Source of the DNA: Nostoc sp. DedSLP01
GTDB taxonomy: Bacteria; Cyanobacteriota; Cyanobacteriia; Cyanobacteriales; Nostocaceae
Direction: 5' to 3'
DNA length: 64,000 nucleotides
NCBI GenBank assembly: GCA_034530875.2
Contig: JAVRCJ020000027.1
Location: 1 to 64,000, forward strand
Translations under genes and position numbers: made by a program
The notes under the pieces: generated by a model
Told to the model about the DNA's origin: nothing
What the model saw: only the letters and a program-made list of their open reading frames with translations
The model's database searches: none
In this document: one piece after another, positions 41,350-50,456 of the stretch
Layout: each line of letters opens with the position of its first letter
Numbering within the stretch: position 1 is the first letter of the stretch

Positions 41350-43572
41350 ATGTTGAAGGTTTTTGCAGACAGAGGTGGGACATTTACAGATATTGTTGCT
41401 GTTACTAATAACGAAGGAATTATAGATAGACTATCAGAACATCCCGAACGTTTTTTAATTGTTCCTCTGCCTAATCAGCAATGGATTATAGTTTATAAAT
41501 TACTTTCAGAAAATCCCGAACAATATCAAGATGCAGCTATTCAAGGTATTCGGGATATTATGGGTATTTCTAGTAAGGAACCTATTCCTAGTGAAGCAAT
41601 AGAAGTAATAAAAATGGGGACAACAATAGCAACAAATGCGCTATTGGAAAGAAAAGGTGACAAGGTTGTACTTGTGATTACCAAAGGTTTTAAAGATGCG
41701 CTAAGAATTGGCTACCAAAATCGTCCTAACATCTTTGCTCGTCAAATTATTTTACCAACCATGCTTTACGAACAGGTAATAGAAGTAGATGAACGGTATG
41801 ATGCGAAAGGAAATGAATTAATTGCTGTAAATATCGAACAAGTAAAAAGCGATTTACAAAAAGTTTACCATACAGGAATTCGCAGTTGTGCCATTGTTTT
41901 GATGCACAGCGATCGCTATCCAAAACACGAACAACAAGTAGCAAAAATTGCCCAAGAAATTGGCTTTACTCAAATATCTGTATCTCATCAAGTTAGTCCC
42001 TTAATGAAATTAGTCAGCCGGGGAGATACAACAGTAGTCGATGCTTATTTAACTCCGATTTTACGTCGCTACGTCAACCAAGTAGCGAGTCAATTAAGAA
42101 TGGGGAATAGGAAATGGGGAATAGGGAATGGTGAAGAGGATACAAGGGAAATTGTAGACAACGAAAAAGACTTGTTAGAAATTGCCTCTTCATCTGTTTC
42201 ACCCTACTCGCCACTCCCCACTCCCCACTCCCCCATAAAATTAATGTTTATGAAATCTGACGGTGGTTTAATTGCAGCCGAACAATTTCAAGGAAAAGAT
42301 AGTATTTTAAGCGGCCCGGCTGGGGGTATTGTTGGCGCAGTTCAAACTAGTAAAAGAGCAGGTTTTGAGTTTGTAATTACCTTTGATATGGGAGGAACTA
42401 GTACAGATGTTGCTCATTTTAAAGGAGAGTACGAACGACAATTAGAATCAGAAATTGCTGGCGCACGGATGCGAGTTCCTGTATTAGCAATTAATACAAT
42501 TGCGGCTGGCGGTGGTTCAATTCTATTTTTTGATGGTTCGAGTTATCGTGTCGGCCCGGAATCTGCTGGTTCAATTCCGGGGCCTGCTTGTTATCGTCGT
42601 GGCGGGCCATTAGCGGTTACTGATGCTAATGTGATGTTAGGTAAAATTCACCCGCAATATTTTCCTTCAGTCTTTGGAATTGATGGGAATTTACCTTTAG
42701 ATAAAGATATTGCGATCGAGAAATTTACACAATTAGCCCAAGAGATTGCAGCTGCTACAGGAAATCATTCTACACCAGAACAAGTAGCGGCTGGATTTAT
42801 GGCGATCGCAGTGGAAAATATGGCAAACGCAATTAAAAAAATCAGCTTGCAACGAGGTTATGATGTCACCAAATACGTGCTGTGTTGTTTTGGCGGTGCA
42901 GGCGGGCAAGTTGCTTGTTTAATTGCTGATACTTTAGGTATGAAAAAGATATTTCTTCATCCTTATGCTGGAGTTCTCTCGGCTTATGGAATGGGATTAG
43001 CTGATGTTCGGGCAATTAGAGAAGGAGGAGTAGAACAACCCTTAAATCAAATATTAATTTCTCAATTACAACGCTTAATAGAATCTTTAGAAATGCAAGC
43101 TAGAAGTGAAATCAAAGAAGCAGGTAGTCAAGTAGAATTAATCCGGAAAGCTAACTTAAAATATGAGGGTACTAACTCTATTTTGACAGTAAATTTGGCA
43201 GATGAAGTGGCAGCAATGCGACAAGAATTTGAAACCGAACATAAATCTCGCTATGGTTTCATTCAATTAGAGAAAACTTTAATTGTCGAATCTATTTCTG
43301 TGGAAGTAATTCAGAAGATGGATACGCCCGAAGAACCTTTAATTACTCGTACCCGTTCTATTAATGAAGCCCCCAAACCTGTTGAAACAGTCAAAATGTT
43401 TACTGTTGACAAATGGCATAATACGCCTGTTTATCGGCGCGAAGATTTACAACCAGAAGATAGAATTACTGGAACTGCAATTATTGTGGAAAAAATTAGC
43501 ACGATTGTAGTTGAACCTAATTGGCAAGCAGTATTAACTGAACGCAATCATTTAATTTTATCTAGAAAGTAA
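41350..43572 (+). CDS. 5-oxoprolinase / hydantoinase A subunit
   Basis: DRGGTFTD, GTT.ATNALLER, SGPAGG, DMGGTSTD, FGGAGGQ. Confidence 0.93.
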   Translation: MLKVFADRGGTFTDIVAVTNNEGIIDRLSEHPERFLIVPLPNQQWIIVYKLLSENPEQYQDAAIQGIRDIMGISSKEPIPSEAIEVIKMGTTIATNALLERKGDKVVLVITKGFKDALRIGYQNRPNIFARQIILPTMLYEQVIEVDERYDAKGNELIAVNIEQVKSDLQKVYHTGIRSCAIVLMHSDRYPKHEQQVAKIAQEIGFTQISVSHQVSPLMKLVSRGDTTVVDAYLTPILRRYVNQVASQLRMGNRKWGIGNGEEDTREIVDNEKDLLEIASSSVSPYSPLPTPHSPIKLMFMKSDGGLIAAEQFQGKDSILSGPAGGIVGAVQTSKRAGFEFVITFDMGGTSTDVAHFKGEYERQLESEIAGARMRVPVLAINTIAAGGGSILFFDGSSYRVGPESAGSIPGPACYRRGGPLAVTDANVMLGKIHPQYFPSVFGIDGNLPLDKDIAIEKFTQLAQEIAAATGNHSTPEQVAAGFMAIAVENMANAIKKISLQRGYDVTKYVLCCFGGAGGQVACLIADTLGMKKIFLHPYAGVLSAYGMGLADVRAIREGGVEQPLNQILISQLQRLIESLEMQARSEIKEAGSQVELIRKANLKYEGTNSILTVNLADEVAAMRQEFETEHKSRYGFIQLEKTLIVESISVEVIQKMDTPEEPLITRTRSINEAPKPVETVKMFTVDKWHNTPVYRREDLQPEDRITGTAIIVEKISTIVVEPNWQAVLTERNHLILSRK

Positions 43573-43698
43573 AGAATAAGGGCTGCAAGTCAATCTTAAA
43601 TAGGAATGATGCTATACTGCGATAAATTAGCGTTTCAAAATTTTTGTATACATCCTCATAGCAAAAGTTGGTCAAATATTGATATTTATGAGTAGTAT

Positions 43699-44526
43699 AT
43701 GAATGATAAACCGTACATTCCCATTCCTCCAGAACTAGAACCTTATCGGGACAGAATTGAAGCGACGATACGGCCTTTTATTGAAATCAGAATTGAAAAT
43801 AATGACCGGGTAGATTGGTGGCAAATTAAATTTGGTGGTTTGCCTTATTTACCAAAAGGTTTTGATTATCCAAAAAGTTCCGAAGGTGAATATTTATTTT
43901 TTATTGCACAGATTAATTTTGCCGAAGTACCTCTATTGGAAGGTTTTCCAAATCAGGGTATTGTGCAGTTTTATATCAGTTATGAATTCCCGTATGGTTT
44001 GAACTATGACAATCAAACAGACCAATCTGGATTTAGAGTTTTATATTTTAAAGAACCAGACTTGAATGTAGAAAATATAATCACAAACTTTGATTTTTTG
44101 CCTAAAAGAGAAACAAATCTTATTGATGGCTGTTGTAGTTTAAATTTTACTCAAAAATATGCACCAATAAGTGAGAGTGGGATCAATGAAATTGTTGGGG
44201 ATAATTATTTTGACCTATTAAATACGAATGAAGGAATATTGGACGAGTATATAAATCTATCATATTCTTGGCGTAGTAAGATAGGTGGTTATCCAGATTC
44301 TATTAGAACAGAATTAATTTATACTGTTCATCTGGAAGAAAAAACGACAGAATTTTTGCGAGATGCAATTGAGCAAGACCCAGAAATTCTTTTGTCTCAG
44401 ATGGTTAGGGAATCTAATGATGTGTTAAGTATTAACTGGATAGCCGATGTATGTAATTTTCAAATTTTAAAACACAACCTTAGAAAATTAGACTTTAGCG
44501 ATATTATCTATGACTGGGAATGTTAA
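43699..44526 (+). CDS. YwqG / DUF1963 family protein
   Basis: KFGGLPYLP, FIAQINF.E.P, G..QFY, KIGGYP, LDFS. Confidence 0.85.
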   Translation: MNDKPYIPIPPELEPYRDRIEATIRPFIEIRIENNDRVDWWQIKFGGLPYLPKGFDYPKSSEGEYLFFIAQINFAEVPLLEGFPNQGIVQFYISYEFPYGLNYDNQTDQSGFRVLYFKEPDLNVENIITNFDFLPKRETNLIDGCCSLNFTQKYAPISESGINEIVGDNYFDLLNTNEGILDEYINLSYSWRSKIGGYPDSIRTELIYTVHLEEKTTEFLRDAIEQDPEILLSQMVRESNDVLSINWIADVCNFQILKHNLRKLDFSDIIYDWEC

Positions 44527-44650
44527 AAATATAAAGAATGTATGCTAATATCGATCGCAAGAAAGTTGATGTCTGCGGTAAAGTTTCCGCAATATTTCAT
44601 GCTAATTCAAGTTTTGTATGTAGAGAGCCAAGTAGCTCTGCTCAAGGAGG

Positions 44651-45466
44651 ATGGCTGGTGTTAATAGTTCCAGCCAGGAACGGTTAGACGTTGAGGCTAC
44701 GCTAACCGAAATTAAAAGGCTCCAATTTGACCGCGCACATCGTGACGCCTCTGGATTGTTTTACATTGAGGGTGTGCGTAACTTTGTAAAGGTAATTGAC
44801 AACGGTTTTGATATTTCGGCGATCGCATTTAGTGAGAAACTGCTAACAGCACCTCTAGCAAGGAAGTTAGTTAGGCAATCTCGGCGTTCTGGTATTCCTT
44901 GCATCAGCCTTACACCGGAACAGTTTCGGCATGTTTCTCAAAGCGAACGCGCTTCTGGAGTTGGTGCAATAGTTCGTCAGCGTTGGTTCAAGCTACGCGA
45001 TATCTCGCCGCAACCTGGTTTGTGCTGGGTGGTTCTTGAAACCGTTCGTTCCCCAGGAAACCTCGGAACCTTGATTCGCACATCCGAAGCAGTTGGCGGT
45101 GCTGGGTTTATCTTCATCAAAAATAGTGTAGATCCTTTTGTTCCTGATGTTGTTCGCGCATCTATGGGTTCGCTCTTTAATCAGAAGTTTGTACGAACAA
45201 GCTACTCTGCACTCCGCCATTGGGTACGCAACCATCGGTGTCCTGTTATTGGTGCTTCACCAGATGGGATGGCTGAATTTCATCAGTTTAATTACCCGAA
45301 TTCTACTCTTCTTTTCCTGGGTGAAGAGCGCCAAGGTCTAACCCCAGAACAGCGAGACTTATGCCAGCACCTCGTTCGGATTCCGATGGTAGGTGCGGTT
45401 GACTCCCTAAATCTTGCTGTAGCAGGTAGCCTCTTAATGTATGAGGTTTATAGGTCGAGAACATGA
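44651..45466 (+). CDS. TrmH/SpoU family RNA methyltransferase
   Basis: PGNLGTLIRT, LGEE.QGL, IPM.G.VDSLNLAVA SPOUT motifs. Confidence 0.93.
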   Translation: MAGVNSSSQERLDVEATLTEIKRLQFDRAHRDASGLFYIEGVRNFVKVIDNGFDISAIAFSEKLLTAPLARKLVRQSRRSGIPCISLTPEQFRHVSQSERASGVGAIVRQRWFKLRDISPQPGLCWVVLETVRSPGNLGTLIRTSEAVGGAGFIFIKNSVDPFVPDVVRASMGSLFNQKFVRTSYSALRHWVRNHRCPVIGASPDGMAEFHQFNYPNSTLLFLGEERQGLTPEQRDLCQHLVRIPMVGAVDSLNLAVAGSLLMYEVYRSRT

Positions 45467-45552
45467 TATGTGGAGTGACACCCAACATTAATCAATTTTT
45501 TTTGTTGGGTTCCACTTTCTTTAACGCAACTGACATCAGCAAATGTTAAGTA

Positions 45553-45604
45553 ATTCATTGAATTTAAACAAACAGGAATCAAAAATGCACGCAATATCTC
45601 AACC
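45553..45604 (+). repeat. Direct duplicate of the oxoprolinase B leader and first codons (copy 2 at 46635-46686)
   Basis: ATTCATTGAATTTAAACAAACA(GG/T)AATCAAAAATG(C/T)ACGCAA(T/C)ATCTCAA. Confidence 0.9.
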
Positions 45605-45725
45605 GTACTCATGAAGTGGCATTTCGAGCAATGGTATTTTTACTGGCATAATAATTTGAATAAAGAACATCTTACTTTATAATTATTAATGACAATTCAC
45701 TGTAAAAAACCTAAACACAAATTAA

Positions 45726-46052
45726 ATGTCACCTTACCTTTATCCGGTCATTGAAACCAGAGAAATAGAAACTGAATTCAGAGAATTAGCGGAACAATGG
45801 CGACGTGAAACAGGAATGCTTTCTGTCATTTCAAAAATATCAATGCATCCTGCTTATCAAAGAATAATTGGGATGGGACAACCTGTTGTTCCTTTAATTA
45901 TGCGCGAACTTGAGCGCGAACCAGACCATTGGTTTTGGGCTTTAAATGCAATTACACGAGCGAACCCTGTCAAACCCGAACAGCGTGGTAGACTTCAGCA
46001 AATGGCTCAAGCTTGGATTGAATGGGGGAAAGCAAATGGATACAGATGGTAA
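45726..46052 (+). CDS. Hypothetical helical protein, first gene of a coupled pair
   Basis: F..LAEQW..ET..S...HPAYQRIIGMG...VPLI..EL..P.HWFWAL.AIT; overlaps next gene. Confidence 0.8.
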   Translation: MSPYLYPVIETREIETEFRELAEQWRRETGMLSVISKISMHPAYQRIIGMGQPVVPLIMRELEREPDHWFWALNAITRANPVKPEQRGRLQQMAQAWIEWGKANGYRW

Positions 46053-46506
46053 GTTAGAAATTTATAAAGAAAATAAATTTCCTAACTTATCGCGCACGGA
46101 GTATTCTGTAACCAGCAAGCAAAGTACATTATATAATTGTTTTGCTTGGGCTGCGGGTGAAGACAATCGCTGGTGGAGTCCAATAGACCCAGATAATACA
46201 TATTACTGGGTAGAAGGTATAACACCAGAATTAACTATGTCAGCTTTTATTCAAGCATACGAAAGCTTAGGGTATGAACTTTGCAATAATTCCGATCTGG
46301 AAGCAGGTTTTGAAAAGATAGCAATTTACGCTACTTCTGACGGCGAACCAACTCATGCCGCTAGACAATTACTTAATGGAAAATGGACAAGTAAACTTGG
46401 ACGTTGGGAAGATATCGAGCATGAGCTTGAAGGTTTGATAGGTGAAATGTATGGTGATGTAAAACAAATTTTAAAACGTCCAAGTTCTGAAGTGGCTCAA
46501 AGTTAA
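46036..46506 (+). CDS. Hypothetical protein with Cys-His motifs (DUF7689-like, putative papain fold)
   Basis: YNCFAWAAG, THAARQ, WTSKLG; ATG 46036 overlaps the upstream gene end. Confidence 0.75.
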   Translation: MDTDGKLEIYKENKFPNLSRTEYSVTSKQSTLYNCFAWAAGEDNRWWSPIDPDNTYYWVEGITPELTMSAFIQAYESLGYELCNNSDLEAGFEKIAIYATSDGEPTHAARQLLNGKWTSKLGRWEDIEHELEGLIGEMYGDVKQILKRPSSEVAQS

Positions 46507-46665
46507 TGTAAATAAAAAGATATTCAAAACCACGTTATCTATAATTAAAGACAAGATGGAGAAAACTTTCTCTTCCTTGCCTCATAATAACTATTCCATG
46601 ACTACAATAAGCTTAGATATTTAGCTATAACAATATTCATTGAATTTAAACAAACATAATCAAAA

Positions 46666-48381
46666 ATGTACGCAACATCTCAAGCCGACCCCGTTCGTTT
46701 AGAAATCTTCAAAAACCTCTATCAATTTATTGCCGAACAAATGGGTATTGTTCTGCAAAATACAGCAACATCTGTGAATATCAAAGAAAGACTAGATTTC
46801 TCCTGCGCTATCTTTGATTCTTCTGGATTATTAGTAGCAAATGCCCCCCACATTCCCGTACATTTAGGTTCAATGAGTGAGAGCGTTCGCAGTTTAATTA
46901 ACGATAAAGGCGACATCATAAAACCAGGAAATGTCTATTTATCTAATAACCCATACAACGGCGGTACACATCTCCCCGATGTAACTGCAATTACTCCTGT
47001 ATTTTTGGAAAGTCGGGAGATGGGGAGATGGAGAGATGGAAAAGATGAGGAGATTACCAATGCCCCATCCCCAATGCCCCATGCCCAATGCCCAATTCCC
47101 ATCTTTTTCGTTGCTTCTCGCGGACACCAAGCTGATATCGGCGGAATTACTCCCGGTTCTATGCCTCCCCACAGTACTACAGTAGAAGAAGAAGGAATTC
47201 TTTTTGATAATTTTTTCTTAGTTGAAGAGAGAAATTTTCGAGAAACCGCAGTCAGAGAACACCTGGCAAATCATACTTATCCTGCTCGAAATCCTGACCA
47301 AAATCTAGCTGATTTTAAAGCTCAAATTGCCGCTAATGAAAGGGGGCTTCAAGAACTGCGGAAAATGGTTTCGCAATACGGACTTGATACTGTGCAAGCT
47401 TATATGAAATTCGTGCAAGCTAATGCTGAGGAGGCAGTGAGAAGGGCGATCGCAGTTCTCAATGATGGTTCATTTATTTATAAAATGGACAATGGCGCAC
47501 AAATTCAAGTAAAAGTTACTATACACCCAGAAAATCGCAGTGCTACTATTGATTTTACTGGAACTTCTGAGCAATTAAATAGTAATTTCAACGCTCCCAA
47601 AGCTGTAACTCAAGCAGCAGTTTTATATGTATTCCGGACTTTAGTTGATGATAATATTCCTCTCAATGCTGGGTGTCTTAATCCTTTAGAAATTATTATT
47701 CCAGTGGGCTGTATGCTAAATCCTATTTATCCAGCAGCGGTAGTAGCAGGTAATGTAGAAACTTCTCAAACTATTGTCGATGCTTTATATGGTGCCTTGG
47801 GTGTGATGGCTGCTTCTCAAGGAACGATGAATAATTTCACTTTTGGTAATGAAAAATATCAATATTATGAAACTATTTGTGGCGGTTCTGGAGCAGGAAT
47901 TAATTTTCATGGAACTGATGCCGTTCATTCCCACATGACTAACTCGCGGTTGACCGATCCAGAAGTTTTAGAAACGCGTTATCCTGTACTTTTAGAAAGT
48001 TTTAGTATTCGTGATGATAGTGGTGGAAAAGGTGAATATTCTGGTGGGAATGGAGTTGTTCGTCGCATCCGGTTTTTAGAACCGATGACAGCGAATATTC
48101 TGTCTGGACATCGACAGGTTCCTCCTTTTGGGTTGAATGGGGGGGAAGCGGGGAAAGTTGGACGCAATTGGATACGGCGTCAAAATGGAAGTGAAGAAAG
48201 TTTGGATAGTACTGGAACGGTGGAAATGAATGTTGGGGATGTGTTTGTAATAGAAACTCCTGGGGGGGGTGGATTTGGTCACGCACAGACGCAGCGAAAA
48301 GTTGGAGCGCCGGAAACCGGCGATCTGAACTTTTCAAGACAGAGGCGCAGAGAGGAAGAGGAGTTAGGCGGTTGCGCTTAA
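46666..48381 (+). CDS. 5-oxoprolinase / hydantoinase B subunit
   Basis: SVNIKERLDFSCA, HIPVHLGSM, GGTHLPD, ETICGG.G, ETPGGGGFG. Confidence 0.94.
   Translation: MYATSQADPVRLEIFKNLYQFIAEQMGIVLQNTATSVNIKERLDFSCAIFDSSGLLVANAPHIPVHLGSMSESVRSLINDKGDIIKPGNVYLSNNPYNGGTHLPDVTAITPVFLESREMGRWRDGKDEEITNAPSPMPHAQCPIPIFFVASRGHQADIGGITPGSMPPHSTTVEEEGILFDNFFLVEERNFRETAVREHLANHTYPARNPDQNLADFKAQIAANERGLQELRKMVSQYGLDTVQAYMKFVQANAEEAVRRAIAVLNDGSFIYKMDNGAQIQVKVTIHPENRSATIDFTGTSEQLNSNFNAPKAVTQAAVLYVFRTLVDDNIPLNAGCLNPLEIIIPVGCMLNPIYPAAVVAGNVETSQTIVDALYGALGVMAASQGTMNNFTFGNEKYQYYETICGGSGAGINFHGTDAVHSHMTNSRLTDPEVLETRYPVLLESFSIRDDSGGKGEYSGGNGVVRRIRFLEPMTANILSGHRQVPPFGLNGGEAGKVGRNWIRRQNGSEESLDSTGTVEMNVGDVFVIETPGGGGFGHAQTQRKVGAPETGDLNFSRQRRREEEELGGCA
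48280..48354 (+). repeat. 75-bp hairpin repeat; inverted copy at 50372-50446
   Basis: 4 mismatches to the reverse complement of 50372-50446 by manual alignment. Confidence 0.9.
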
Positions 48382-49068
48382 AACTGCGTTGTTGGTTAAT
48401 TTGCCATCTTCCATTTTGACGATGCGATCGGCAACATCTAGAATACGATTGTCGTGGGTGACTAGTAGAATGGTGCAGCCTTGTTCTTTGGCTAATGTCT
48501 GCATTAGAGTGACTACATCTCTACCTGATTTACTATCTAGGGCAGCTGTTGGTTCGTCTGCTAGTACGATTTTAGGATGGTTGACTAAGGCACGAGCGAT
48601 CGCAACTCTTTGCTTCTGTCCTCCAGATAAGTCATCAGGATAATAGTTGAGGCGATTCCCTAAGCCAACGTGTTCTAACATTTGAGCAGAACGCTCTTGC
48701 ATCTCTTTTAATGATAGATGGTTGTGTAGTTCTAAGCCCATTTTGACGTTTTGTAAAGCAGTTAAACTGTTATGCAAATTATGTGCTTGAAATATATAAC
48801 CGTTATTTCGTCGCGCTAAGGTTAATTGTTCTGCACTCGCACCACATAGTTCTCTATCTAAGACTTTCAAGCTACCAGATTGAGCAGAACGCAATCCACC
48901 AATCAAGGTCAATAACGTCGTTTTACCAGAACCAGAAGGCCCGGTCATAATCACAATTTCACCAGAGTTTATTTCTAGGTTAATATCAAATAAAACTTGT
49001 TTCCTTAATTGCCCGTGACCAAAGTAATGATTCAGATTATTGATAGAAATAACTGGTTTATTATTCAT
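48364..49068 (-). CDS. DevA-family ABC exporter ATPase
   Basis: GPSGSGKTT, LSGGQKQR, ADEPTAALD. Confidence 0.95.
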   Translation of the reverse strand: MNNKPVISINNLNHYFGHGQLRKQVLFDINLEINSGEIVIMTGPSGSGKTTLLTLIGGLRSAQSGSLKVLDRELCGASAEQLTLARRNNGYIFQAHNLHNSLTALQNVKMGLELHNHLSLKEMQERSAQMLEHVGLGNRLNYYPDDLSGGQKQRVAIARALVNHPKIVLADEPTAALDSKSGRDVVTLMQTLAKEQGCTILLVTHDNRILDVADRIVKMEDGKLTNNAVLSATA

Positions 49069-49123
49069 ACAATTCCCCTTTATCATTCGCTAATGACTAA
49101 TGACCAATGACTAATGACTAAAT

Positions 49124-50299
49124 TTAAAACATATCCGCAGGGTCAGCAGATTGAAGTTTGCGAGTGGCGATCGCTCCAGAAATTCCACACATAAGAATTG
49201 TTAAAACCAGAACGAGTATTGCTCGTGATAATGTCATTAAAATAGGTAATGCAGTTGCTTTTGCTGCCAAATTATAAAGCCCAATTGGTAAAATTAAGCC
49301 AGGAATAAAGCCAACAAAAGCCAGGATAATTGCTTCTTCAAAAACTACCGCAAGTAGGTATTGATTGCGGTATCCCATTGCTTTGAAAGTTGCATATTCT
49401 TTGAGGTGAGTATTAACATCAGTTGAAAGTACCTGATAAACAATGACAACACCCACTACAAATGCCATTGCTGTCCCTAATCCAAAAATGAACCCAATGG
49501 GGCTTTCTTTTTGCCAGTAACTCTGCTCAAATTCAATATATTCTTGTTTAGTTAGTACTCTCACATCATTGGGCAAATGTGAGTCTAATGCAGTAGCAAC
49601 TTGCTTTGCATCGTAACCTGGTTGGAGTGTAATTAATCCCAGGTTGATGCTAGCAGCTTCTCGCCGAGGAAAGAAATGTAAAAAAGTTTGGTCGCTACCA
49701 ATTAAAATCCCATCCGCGCCAAAAGATGCTCCTAATGTAAATAATCCAGTGATGGTAACGGTACGGCGCTCAATTTCAGTGCTGACAATTTTGCCTTCTT
49801 CAACTTGAGCGATCGCATCTTTATAACTTCCTCTAGAATTGCGATCGAATAACACCCGATCTGGCAACTTAATTTTGTTTAATTGCTGATTTACTTCTGG
49901 CAAATTCAAAGCTGGTTGTTCCGGTTCAAATCCAATCACTTGCATAGATGTATCTTTGCGAGTTTCTGGATGTTTCCAAGTAATAGTATTGGAATAAAAA
50001 GCCTGTGCTAATTTCACTCCCGGAATATCCTTTGCTTGATACAAACGTCGCCGTGAGAACGTACCTAAATTCTGCGTATTCCGCGCTTGGGGACTGACTA
50101 ACACAATATCTGCATTCAAAGTGCGACTCAGCTTTGTGTTGCTATCGTACAATGCACTTTGAAACCCAAGCTGCATAAACATAAGCACATCAGCAAAAGC
50201 AATCCCTGATAATGCTACTAAAAGACGCCCTTTTTCTTTATTCAGTTGCAGCCATCCGAGTGGCGTTCGCCGTTGAATTTGTTGAATAAATGCAATCAT
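49124..50299 (-). CDS. DevC-family ABC exporter permease
   Basis: PLGWLQL..EK.RL.VA..GI.FA..LMF.QLG, EYATFKAMGY, ADPADMF. Confidence 0.93.
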   Translation of the reverse strand: MIAFIQQIQRRTPLGWLQLNKEKGRLLVALSGIAFADVLMFMQLGFQSALYDSNTKLSRTLNADIVLVSPQARNTQNLGTFSRRRLYQAKDIPGVKLAQAFYSNTITWKHPETRKDTSMQVIGFEPEQPALNLPEVNQQLNKIKLPDRVLFDRNSRGSYKDAIAQVEEGKIVSTEIERRTVTITGLFTLGASFGADGILIGSDQTFLHFFPRREAASINLGLITLQPGYDAKQVATALDSHLPNDVRVLTKQEYIEFEQSYWQKESPIGFIFGLGTAMAFVVGVVIVYQVLSTDVNTHLKEYATFKAMGYRNQYLLAVVFEEAIILAFVGFIPGLILPIGLYNLAAKATALPILMTLSRAILVLVLTILMCGISGAIATRKLQSADPADMF

Positions 50300-50371
50300 A
50301 ATAATTCGTAATTCGTAATTACGGCATTGCTGAATTTATGAACTTCAAAAATAAACTCTTCTCAACTCTTA

Positions 50372-50446
50372 CTCTTTGCGCCTCTGTCTTGAAAAGTTCA
50401 GAGCGCCGGTTTCCGGCGCTCCGACTTTTCGCTGCGTCTCTGCGTG
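50372..50446 (-). repeat. 75-bp hairpin repeat; inverted copy of 48280-48354
   Basis: GAAAAGTTCAGAGCGCCGGTTTCCGGCGCTCCGACTTTTC core hairpin. Confidence 0.9.
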
Positions 50447-50456
50447 AAAAAACCTA

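Noticed and set aside
43572..46666. Integron cassette array
   Set aside because: No integron integrase and no convincing repeated attC-like sites seen between the genes.
48280..50446. Composite transposon or DGR template/variable repeat pair
   Set aside because: No transposase or reverse transcriptase, mismatches are not adenine-specific, and the repeat belongs to a dispersed family.
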